From: a virus
Direction: 5' to 3' (one strand)
Virus record (IMG/VR): IMGVR_UViG_3300045988_109852
Location: 1-38,441 of that record
DNA: 38,441 bases
This document shows positions 7,998-14,631 of this stretch, one piece after another; position 1 is the stretch's first letter, and every line of letters begins with the position of its first letter. A program made the position numbers and the translations under genes. Under the pieces are notes generated by a model that was given only the letters and a program-made list of their open reading frames with translations, was not told the DNA's origin and did no database searches.

Positions 7998-8582
7998 TTA
8001 TTCCTCCGGCGCGTCCCAATCGCACCAGCTCATTGCCTCCAGATGCCGCCACTTTCGGAGCGTCGCCTCGCTGTCCGTGTCCTCTCTCGGGCGATAGCCG
8101 CGGCGGTACAGCCGCTCGCCGGTGTCGCCGTCCTCCTGCCGGACGATCCCGTTCGGCGTAATTGAGTACCGGCGCACGCCCAGACTTGCGCCCCGCTGTG
8201 TCACTCCGACGATCTCTCCGGTTTTCTTCTGCATCAGGAAGTCCAACCCCAGCCGCAGTCCGGTCGGGCGGATCTCCTCCTCGTCTTCTTCTACTATGTA
8301 CCCGGCGATCTCCTCACCCACGACCTCCGGCAGCACGGTATTAACGACAAATGCTCCCTTGCTCCGCATGATCTGCACCGTCTCCATGCCCGGGATATAC
8401 CCCAGCATCTCCACCAGCGCGCCGAGCGTCCCGCGCAGACGGTCTCGCAGCTCAATTTCCGGGATGACCGCCATCCACCCGCAGCCGATCACCGTCAGCT
8501 CGCTCACACCGCCGCATAGCGTCAGCCCGCCCTTCGTCTCCGCCCTGAGCGCCCGCTCCAGCGCCGCATCGTCAAACGCCAT
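7998..8582 (-). CDS. Hypothetical early protein
   Basis: 194-aa ORF with genome-typical codon usage. No motif recognised. Confidence 0.5.
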   Translation of the reverse strand: MAFDDAALERALRAETKGGLTLCGGVSELTVIGCGWMAVIPEIELRDRLRGTLGALVEMLGYIPGMETVQIMRSKGAFVVNTVLPEVVGEEIAGYIVEEDEEEIRPTGLRLGLDFLMQKKTGEIVGVTQRGASLGVRRYSITPNGIVRQEDGDTGERLYRRGYRPREDTDSEATLRKWRHLEAMSWCDWDAPEE

Positions 8583-8607
8583 ATGTATTTACCTCCATTT
8601 TCATGTT

Positions 8608-10230
8608 TTATTTATTGTTGGATTCTTCAAAATGGTGTTTTGTAACAGCGATTGGAAATTCTTCAATCTCCGAAGCCCATCTTGCGGTTCCCGCTCCGTG
8701 GATGCTTTCCCAGCAGAGTGGGAAGCCGCCGATCCCATCAAACAGGCTGCCGAGCGTCGCGCCATCCGGAAGATACGACGCCATTCTCCCGAACATCCAG
8801 CGCCAGAACGGGAGCGCGATGGAGTTGCCGAGCGCCTTGTACTTCGGCGCGTCCGCTTCCTTGTGTACGCGGCCTTTCTCGTCCGTCCAGTCGCCGATGC
8901 CGACCCATCCGTCCGGATACCCTTGAAGCCGTGTACATTCCAATGGGGTAAGCCGACGAACGACCATGCGCTCCATAACGTGCTGTTGTGTCCCGCCGCT
9001 CGCATGAGCTTTCAACGTGCCGAATTGGTCTATGTAAGCGTTTTTCTCGTCGTCGATGCTTATTACAAGATCCGTAGCGTCTTTGGAATCTCGCTGTTTG
9101 CAGGAAGAAACGATTTCCGACTCTTTATAGTCTCCAAACCCCTGCATCGAAAACGTACAGGGTACCTGGTTTCCGCCGGTCCCCATTCTCGCTTGCAATG
9201 ATGGGGACGACACATCTCTGCTCTCGCGTATCACGTCATTTGCGTGGCTCATGTCCAGGATGCACACACCGCCTTGATTTTTGCTTGGGTCTGGCGGAGA
9301 TGTATCAAGCGTTTTTGCTACGTCAACCGATCTGCACCCGCTGTTCGGGTTTTTACTTTTCATCGAATTTGACGCAAGGGAATCGAAACTAAAAGCCATG
9401 ACCGCCGGTCGGTCAATCGTATTGAGGGTGTAGCTTATATCCTCTTTCCATCCCTTGCCATTGCATCCGGCCGTATCGGCACGGTCTATTCCGTTGCCCT
9501 GTAAGCAGAAGATTTGAGCTCCAGAACAGTTTTCAGCACCTCCGGCAGTTTCTTCCCGCGCTGTTCCGCCCTCCGGAGGATCCCGGCGCACGCTTTCGGC
9601 GTCAGGTTGTACTTCGGGTCGGGACGCTCTTCCAGAATCTGCGATAACTTCGTGGGCACCGGGATCTTCGGCTCCTCCGAAACGTTCAAAGAGGATATCC
9701 CCTGCAGTGGATCCGTTAAAATCGACCACCATGCTGATACGCCGTCTGCGCTGGGGAACTCCCCAGTATTGTGCGTCGTGCGTTCTCCATGCGACACTCC
9801 ATCCGTCGCCGAGCATTCCTCCGGCTTTCGTCCACTTCTGCTTGTCCGGCAGTCGAGGAAGAGAAAACCCCGGTTCTGCGATGCGTACAGCTTCTTCCAG
9901 CACGGCTCCGAAATCTCCGAATCCGTCCTTGAAGTTGCTGCTGAATGCGCCTGGCACATTTTCCCAGACCATATACCGAGGTCGAACAAGCTCACCTGTC
10001 CGTCCAATGCTTCTGTCATGCTCTCTCATCTCCTTGACGATCCGTATCTGTTCCATGTACAAGCCGGAACGAGCACCGGCAAGTCCTGCACGTTTCCCTG
10101 CGATGCTCAAGTCCTGGCAAGGACTCCCGCCGGTGATGCACCAGACGGGCTCAACTTCTGCGCCATTGATCTTTGTGATGTCTCCTAAATGCTTCAAGGT
10201 CTTTTTCTCCGGCCTGCCATCTTCAGGCAT
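8608..10230 (-). CDS. DNA (cytosine-5) methyltransferase with circularly permuted motif order
   Basis: Motifs occur in this order: GDITKI (III), GGSPCQDLS (IV), WENVPGAF (VI), QYWGVPQRRRR (VIII), a variable region, RRLTPLECTRLQGYPDGW (IX), ALGNSIALP (X). Motifs LGSLFDGIGGF (I) and WASEIEEFP (II) follow only at the C-terminus. Confidence 0.85.
   Translation of the reverse strand: MPEDGRPEKKTLKHLGDITKINGAEVEPVWCITGGSPCQDLSIAGKRAGLAGARSGLYMEQIRIVKEMREHDRSIGRTGELVRPRYMVWENVPGAFSSNFKDGFGDFGAVLEEAVRIAEPGFSLPRLPDKQKWTKAGGMLGDGWSVAWRTHDAQYWGVPQRRRRISMVVDFNGSTAGDILFERFGGAEDPGAHEVIADSGRASRPEVQPDAESVRRDPPEGGTAREETAGGAENCSGAQIFCLQGNGIDRADTAGCNGKGWKEDISYTLNTIDRPAVMAFSFDSLASNSMKSKNPNSGCRSVDVAKTLDTSPPDPSKNQGGVCILDMSHANDVIRESRDVSSPSLQARMGTGGNQVPCTFSMQGFGDYKESEIVSSCKQRDSKDATDLVISIDDEKNAYIDQFGTLKAHASGGTQQHVMERMVVRRLTPLECTRLQGYPDGWVGIGDWTDEKGRVHKEADAPKYKALGNSIALPFWRWMFGRMASYLPDGATLGSLFDGIGGFPLCWESIHGAGTARWASEIEEFPIAVTKHHFEESNNK
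9486..10019 (-). CDS. Nested alternative-frame ORF inside the methyltransferase gene (candidate overlapping gene)
   Basis: 177 codons open, with AAGGAG 10 nt upstream of the ATG. Composition is protein-like, including the helical motif KLSQILEERPDPKYNLTPKACAGILRRAEQRGKKLPEVLKTVLE. Third-position G+C is much higher in this frame than in the MTase frame across 9522-9675. Confidence 0.35.
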   Translation of the reverse strand: MTEALDGQVSLFDLGIWSGKMCQAHSAATSRTDSEISEPCWKKLYASQNRGFLFLDCRTSRSGRKPEECSATDGVSHGERTTHNTGEFPSADGVSAWWSILTDPLQGISSLNVSEEPKIPVPTKLSQILEERPDPKYNLTPKACAGILRRAEQRGKKLPEVLKTVLELKSSAYRATE

Positions 10231-10271
10231 GGGCGGCCATCCCCATACGACGGGCCTTCCGCCCGTTTCGG

Positions 10272-10427
10272 CTAATCGATAATTTTTTCACTGTACAACC
10301 GGGCAATGTTCTCCCAGTCGTCGGCGTTCACATTGCCCTGATATCCAATCAGGAAGCACACAACATCCATCCTGTCCCAGCTGCGCTTTGTGCTCTCTAC
10401 ATACTTTGCGATCTCGTCGTAGCTCAT
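10272..10427 (-). CDS. Hypothetical small protein
   Basis: The internal Met of the 74-aa ORF gives a 51-aa product, MSYDEIAKYVESTKRSW... The RBS is weak. Confidence 0.35.
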   Translation of the reverse strand: MSYDEIAKYVESTKRSWDRMDVVCFLIGYQGNVNADDWENIARLYSEKIID

Positions 10428-10515
10428 TCGCTTCTTCTTCAAAAGATCACCCCCAGCACCGCGAGCAGCGCCGCCGCAGCGGCACACGCCCCGCAAGCCA
10501 ACAAAACCCGCTCCT

Positions 10516-10839
10516 TCATTCCTCGATCACCTCAAGGCCGTAGGCCTCCGCCACGTCATGCTCAATGCGGCAGCCCCGTGCATCCTGCCACCCTCGGCAG
10601 AAGTAGACAGCGTGGCAAAAGCTCATCTTTTCCAATGACTTTGCAAGGAAGTGAAGAGAGATTTGGACAACGCCCTGACCCTCCAATTTCTCCTTGCCGT
10701 GCCATGCGCCTGTAAAAAACGTGTTCACAACGTAATACCCGCGCTGTTCCAGCTCGGTGATAGCTCGATTTCGTGTATCGTCAATTTCCCATGTTGATCT
10801 CCCCGCCATAGGTTGGGAAATCATCGCCAGCTTTTTCAT
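10516..10839 (-). CDS. DUF4406 / nucleoside 2-deoxyribosyltransferase-like protein
   Basis: MKKLAMISQPMAG...VVNTFF...CHAVYFCRGWQDARGCRIEHDVAEAYGLEV fits my recollection of the DUF4406 pattern. The start at 10839 has GAAGGAGG 7 nt upstream. Confidence 0.5.
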   Translation of the reverse strand: MKKLAMISQPMAGRSTWEIDDTRNRAITELEQRGYYVVNTFFTGAWHGKEKLEGQGVVQISLHFLAKSLEKMSFCHAVYFCRGWQDARGCRIEHDVAEAYGLEVIEE

Positions 10840-10982
10840 CTCATTTCCTCCTTCATCTCCACGATCCGCTCCGCAAGCCTCACGCACTTCGTCTGTCCGG
10901 GGCAGGCCGTAAACGGACACGCCCGGCAAAGCTCGTTCACCGCCCGCACCCAGAGGTCATGCTCCATCCGGTTCATTTGCAT
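10836..10982 (-). CDS. Hypothetical small Cys-containing protein
   Basis: The start at 10982 has GGAAGGAG 10 nt upstream. There is an ATGA-type overlap with the next gene. Confidence 0.4.
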   Translation of the reverse strand: MQMNRMEHDLWVRAVNELCRACPFTACPGQTKCVRLAERIVEMKEEMR

Positions 10983-11403
10983 CTGTCCGGTACTCCTTCC
11001 ACTTGCAAAATGGACACAGCCCATCACCCCACATGAAGCACATTTCGCACATGTCTTTCAGCAGCTTGTCAAAAAGTTCTCGCGGAACGGCGTCAACGGT
11101 CGGCTCAGCATTTATGATTTGCCGCATCCATATCTTGTTGGCATAAGACAAAGCAATGTTGTGTTCGTCCGAAAAATGGTTCTTTATCAATGCGTCAGCA
11201 GAAATCAGTCGGCCCATTGATTTCCTTCTATCGTTTTGTTCTTCCCCTTCGGCAATCCGCTGCCCCTGTTGTACAGGCGCAACGTCGGCGGCAGGAATCC
11301 CTTCAACAAAGCACTTCAATGCGACAATTTCAGGCTTCCATATCGTATCCATGCAAGCGTCCAGATGGTTAATCACCGTATCGCGCTTTATGTATTCATC
11401 CAT
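10957..11403 (-). CDS. Hypothetical early protein
   Basis: The start at 11403 (MDEYIKRDTV...) has an AGGAGG RBS. The C-terminus has a Cys cluster, MCEMCFMWGDGLCPFCKW. Confidence 0.5.
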   Translation of the reverse strand: MDEYIKRDTVINHLDACMDTIWKPEIVALKCFVEGIPAADVAPVQQGQRIAEGEEQNDRRKSMGRLISADALIKNHFSDEHNIALSYANKIWMRQIINAEPTVDAVPRELFDKLLKDMCEMCFMWGDGLCPFCKWKEYRTDANEPDGA

Positions 11404-11617
11404 TCCCACACCTCCTGTTCCACCGTCTCTCGATTTCAAGCCTTGCCTGCCGCACGGGGTCCTTCGTCCACGGCGGCGCCGGATACAGCGTGTGCATCTC
11501 CGCGCCGCAGTGCGGATTTCCGCAGCGGATCGTGGCGATGTAGGTCCCCATCGGATGCCCCTTCGCCGGTGCTATGGAGCGCCGCGCCTCCGCGCCGCAG
11601 AACGGGCAGTCCTTCAT
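11396..11617 (-). CDS. lar: Lar family restriction-alleviation protein
   Basis: MKDCPFCGAEA...IRCGNPHCGAEM...LEIERRWNRR carries two CxxC pairs and the terminal WNRR signature. Its start forms an ATGA overlap with the upstream gene. Confidence 0.65.
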   Translation of the reverse strand: MKDCPFCGAEARRSIAPAKGHPMGTYIATIRCGNPHCGAEMHTLYPAPPWTKDPVRQARLEIERRWNRRCGNG

Positions 11618-11823
11618 CCGTGCCGCCCGCCTCTCTGGAGGATCGCCGCGTCCGGCAGGCGCATCCACCGGCAGATGTCGGCGGCGAAGGAGGCGTAGCC
11701 GTATAGCGCGAACAGCGCTTCGATGATCCCGAACCCACGCCCGTAGCGCCATACGAAGTAAATTACCGCCGCCAGAAGCGCCATCACCAGCGTCGTGATA
11801 AACATTGCCTTGCTCCTGCTCAT
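11614..11823 (-). CDS. Small membrane protein
   Basis: MSRSKAMFITTLVMALLAAVIYFVWRY contains a transmembrane helix. Start overlaps the upstream stop (ATGA). Confidence 0.5.
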   Translation of the reverse strand: MSRSKAMFITTLVMALLAAVIYFVWRYGRGFGIIEALFALYGYASFAADICRWMRLPDAAILQRGGRHG

Positions 11824-12083
11824 TTCGTTTTCCTCTCTCTCTTCTTGTTCGGGCAGAAATGGAACTTGTGCGCCGCCCCGCACATTTCGTCCTCCTCGCA
11901 CTCGATCACCGGCAGCGGCGTGCCGCTATTGGTGTAGAGCGTCACCATGTCGTCGCTGCTCTCCGACGCTCGGCGGAAGCGGTACGGCGTCAGCGACGCC
12001 TCCACGCACAAAAGTCCCCGCGGCCCCGGCACGAACAGAACCGGCCGCCCGCAGTACCTGCACTTCGTCTCTTTCGGAATCAT
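11820..12083 (-). CDS. Hypothetical Cys-containing protein
   Basis: 87-aa ORF (KCRYCGRPV...). It is the first gene after the B3-A3 repeat pair. Confidence 0.5.
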   Translation of the reverse strand: MIPKETKCRYCGRPVLFVPGPRGLLCVEASLTPYRFRRASESSDDMVTLYTNSGTPLPVIECEEDEMCGAAHKFHFCPNKKRERKTK

Positions 12084-12415
12084 TGAATTTCTCCTTTCTT
12101 TCTAAGGCTCCCGCCCACGCTCTTGCCTCCCCTAACAGGGGAGGTGTCAGCGCAGCTGACGGAGGGGTTCGGCTCCCTTGTGCAAAGGGAGCTGTCGGCG
12201 CAGCCGACTGAGGGATTGTCGTCCCCGCCGCAGCGCTCGTCCTTCCTGCACCACTCCGGCGTCCTCACGCTGTCCGGATGCGGATTCCCGTCCCGCACAA
12301 CGTGCAGCACCCGCCCGAACCTGTCGCCGTTCCCGGTGTACAGGCAGCGCACCGCCTGCTTCCCCTGCGGCCACTGGTCCAGCGCGATGTGCGGACATCC
12401 CCTGCACGTTTTCAT
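12080..12415 (-). CDS. Hypothetical Cys-rich protein whose 3' end reads through repeats A3 and B3
   Basis: The start at 12415 overlaps the upstream stop (ATGA). The body is MKTCRGCPHIALDQW... The last ~45 codons (DDNPSVGCADSSLCTREPNPSVSCADTSPVRGGKSVGG...) are repeat-derived. Confidence 0.5.
   Translation of the reverse strand: MKTCRGCPHIALDQWPQGKQAVRCLYTGNGDRFGRVLHVVRDGNPHPDSVRTPEWCRKDERCGGDDNPSVGCADSSLCTREPNPSVSCADTSPVRGGKSVGGSLRKKGEIQ
12122..12170 (+). repeat. Structured repeat, family B (copy B3)
   Basis: CTTGCCTCCCCTAACAGGGGAGGTGTCAGCGCAGCTGACGGAGGGGTTC. It directly abuts A3. Confidence 0.9.
12171..12220 (+). repeat. Structured repeat, family A (copy A3)
   Basis: Identical to A1 over 50 nt. 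Confidence 0.9.
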
Positions 12416-12941
12416 TCCTTCGCCCTCTCTTTCTGCGTCGGGAGTCCCATCCCGTTTCGCGCCCGCCATGCGGACATCGTCGAAACGCCGAGCTCCTTCG
12501 CAATGTGCGGATCGTCCATCCCGGCCTCCCACAGCTCCTTCAGCCGCACTCGGTCGATCTCCTGCCGGTATCTCGGCGGGAGTCCCGCGCCGTGCCGCCA
12601 CTTCTGCACCGTGTCCGGGTTGCATCCGATCACGCGCGCAATCTCCCGGTCGTTCTTGCCCTCATCCCAGAGCGCCCGGAACTGCTTCCAGTCGTAAAGC
12701 CGCCCCGCTCGCTGTTTCGGTTCCCTCCTCGGAGAGCTCCCGCGCAGCACGACCGGCTGCGCCCGTACCCGCGGCGCCGTCCCCGGCTTATAAAGCACGC
12801 ATTTCCTCGTGATGTCCGCCTCGCCCCGGCTCGTCTTGGTCTCGCCGGTGATAAAGAAGTAGTTGCAGCTCCCGTCAGACCCGCTCACATTGCCGGAATG
12901 ATACCTGCACTGCGTGCGGTAGCATATGTATTCGTCTTTCA
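12412..12941 (-). CDS. Cys-cluster plus tandem HTH DNA-binding protein
   Basis: The only in-frame start is a TTG overlapping the upstream TGA (TTGA coupling). Two HTH-like segments are present: DREIARVIGCNPDTVQKWR and DPHIAKELGVSTMSAWRARNG. Confidence 0.5.
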
Positions 12942-13298
12942 AAACGGCAGCACCGCCCCTTCCTCCACAAGCTGAAAGGCACTCTCGTTGTCCCAGCAGT
13001 CGTCCGGGTGCTCGATCCCCCAGATCTGCGCATTGTCGAGATAGTTCTTCCCGAAGTGCGCGATGAACTCCTCCCGGCTCCACCCCTGCTCGGTCATCGC
13101 CTTGTGCTGTCCGTACTGGTGCAGTAGCTCCGCGGTCTTGCCGGAGCGGTGCGCGCTGTCCGCGTCGATCCGGTGGCACCACGGGCAGAGATGTACGGTC
13201 AGCCCGTACTTCGTAGAGATAGACCGCCGGGCCCCGCCGAAAATGTGGTGCTCCTCAAGCGTTTCGTAGTTCCCGCACAGAAAACAAATGCCCTTCAT
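12939..13298 (-). CDS. His-Me finger (HNH-like) phage protein
   Basis: MKGICFLCGNYETLEEHHIFGGARRSISTKYGLTVHLCPWCHR has CxxC...HH...CxxCH spacing. Confidence 0.5.
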   Translation of the reverse strand: MKGICFLCGNYETLEEHHIFGGARRSISTKYGLTVHLCPWCHRIDADSAHRSGKTAELLHQYGQHKAMTEQGWSREEFIAHFGKNYLDNAQIWGIEHPDDCWDNESAFQLVEEGAVLPF

Positions 13299-13322
13299 CG
13301 TTCTTAGTCCTTTCTGATTTAA

Positions 13323-13375
13323 GGCTCCCTTGTGCAAAGGGAGCTGTCAGCCGTCAGGCTGACTGAGGGATTGTC
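13323..13375 (+). repeat. Structured repeat, family A (copy A4)
   Basis: Hairpin 2 is replaced by GTCAGCC-GTCA-GGCTGAC, a compensated change. It lies 7 nt from the stop of the 13383-13622 gene. Confidence 0.9.
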
Positions 13376-13382
13376 CTCTCCC

Positions 13383-13622
13383 CTATTTCGTCGCTTCCAA
13401 AATCCGCGCCGCCAGATCGTCCACGCGCCACTTCTTCTTTGTGCCGCGTTGGAAGCACGGCAGCCCGTCCAGAAACTCCGCGACGATCCTCCGGTTCTCA
13501 ATTCCGAGATACCGCCCGATCTGCGTCATGTCGGCGTATCGCGCGCCGCCCGTGCAGTGCTCCGTGAGATCTGCCTCGATCTTCCTCTGCTCCGCCGGAA
13601 CGGCCAGCCGTACTCTCGGCAT
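13383..13622 (-). CDS. Hypothetical DNA-binding-like protein
   Basis: 79-aa ORF. Its start is coupled to the upstream small gene (TAAATG). Confidence 0.5.
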   Translation of the reverse strand: MPRVRLAVPAEQRKIEADLTEHCTGGARYADMTQIGRYLGIENRRIVAEFLDGLPCFQRGTKKKWRVDDLAARILEATK

Positions 13623-13769
13623 TTACCCCGCCTCCTTCTCGTCCTTTTGCTTGCTCTGCATATACTCAACAGCCAGAGCCGCACCGTCGATCTGCTGCAC
13701 AAACTTCTCCTGCAGCTCCGGCGGCAGCGCGCACACCTTCTCTGCCAGCGCCTTTTCCTTTTCGCTCAT
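13623..13769 (-). CDS. Small acidic protein (48 aa, below the ORF-track cutoff)
   Basis: ATG at 13769 with TAAGGAGGTGAGGAC upstream. Translation is MSEKEKALAEKVCALPPELQEKFVQQIDGAALAVEYMQSKQKDEKEAG. Confidence 0.55.
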   Translation of the reverse strand: MSEKEKALAEKVCALPPELQEKFVQQIDGAALAVEYMQSKQKDEKEAG

Positions 13770-13781
13770 GTCCTCACCTCC

Positions 13782-13973
13782 TTACATGCACACCAGCAGC
13801 ACCGCCGCCACCGCCGCGGCTGCTGCCGCTATTGCCCAGACGAGAAGGACGATCTCCTTCTCCAGCGCCGCCGTGCGCTTCTCCAGGGCGTCCGTGCGCC
13901 GTTTCAGCTCCTCTATCTCCGGGTTCTGAAACAGCCGCATCGAAATTCCCAACGCCGAATTACCATCGCCCAT
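13782..13973 (-). CDS. Small coiled-coil protein with C-terminal TM anchor
   Basis: ATG at 13973 with TAGGAGG 7 nt upstream. The C-terminus is IVLLVWAIAAAAAAVAAVLLVCM. Confidence 0.5.
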   Translation of the reverse strand: MGDGNSALGISMRLFQNPEIEELKRRTDALEKRTAALEKEIVLLVWAIAAAAAAVAAVLLVCM

Positions 13974-13984
13974 CGTTTTTCCTC

Positions 13985-14266
13985 CTAAAACAGTTTGATT
14001 ATCAACCCGACCACCAGCGTCGCAACGACTCCGAGGGTCACATACAGAACCATTACCGAGGTTTTGAGTTTTTCCACAGCCTTGATCGCATCGAGCGTCT
14101 TTCTCTGGTAGTAATACGCTGTCGGATCCCACCCCTTCGGGAAGTCCTTCAGCTTGTCCGCGATGCCGGTACAGCCTCCGGCAAGCTTGCCGGACGTGAT
14201 GCCGTCTTTCCGTATCTTCGCGTCCGCCTGAAGGATCCGCCACGCGAGGTTTGTCAATATCTTCAT
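13985..14266 (-). CDS. Hypothetical protein with C-terminal TM helix; first gene of the long minus-strand operon
   Basis: 93-aa ORF. The C-terminal segment VMVLYVTLGVVATLVVGLIIKLF is a predicted transmembrane helix. Confidence 0.5.
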   Translation of the reverse strand: MKILTNLAWRILQADAKIRKDGITSGKLAGGCTGIADKLKDFPKGWDPTAYYYQRKTLDAIKAVEKLKTSVMVLYVTLGVVATLVVGLIIKLF

Positions 14267-14334
14267 TCACATTGCCTCCTATCTTGAAATCTGATATTCT
14301 GTTTCCGGTATTCCCGCCGAAAGGAGGTGATACC

Positions 14335-14598
14335 GTGACCGAGCAGGAAAAGAAAGGCATCGTGCTTCAATTCTTCCGTGCCACCTCTCCCGACACTTCC
14401 GCGTTTGAGAGCTTCCTCAAGGACGCCGGCTGCTCTACCCAGCAGCTTGCCGCGTGGATTGAGGGGAAAGAGGATATCCCGGAAGAAATACTCACCGAAG
14501 CATTGAAAAAGTTGGAAGAGGATCGTGATACCTACGATTTTCTTGTCAAGAATCTCGAAGAGTTCACCGCGCCGGGTCATCACGTTCTCCGTCCGTAG
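14335..14598 (+). CDS. Hypothetical protein (GTG start)
   Basis: GTG at 14335 preceded by AAAGGAGGTGATACC. Acidic 87-aa product. Confidence 0.45.
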   Translation: MTEQEKKGIVLQFFRATSPDTSAFESFLKDAGCSTQQLAAWIEGKEDIPEEILTEALKKLEEDRDTYDFLVKNLEEFTAPGHHVLRP

Positions 14599-14631
14599 CC
14601 TTTCTTCCCGCTTGCCGCGGACGCGGGCATT

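Noticed and set aside
13319-13501. A 60-aa ORF ending in NPSVSLTADSSLCTREP
   Set aside because: Its C-terminus is simply the translation of repeat A4, and the rest overlaps the better-supported 13383-13622 gene in another frame.
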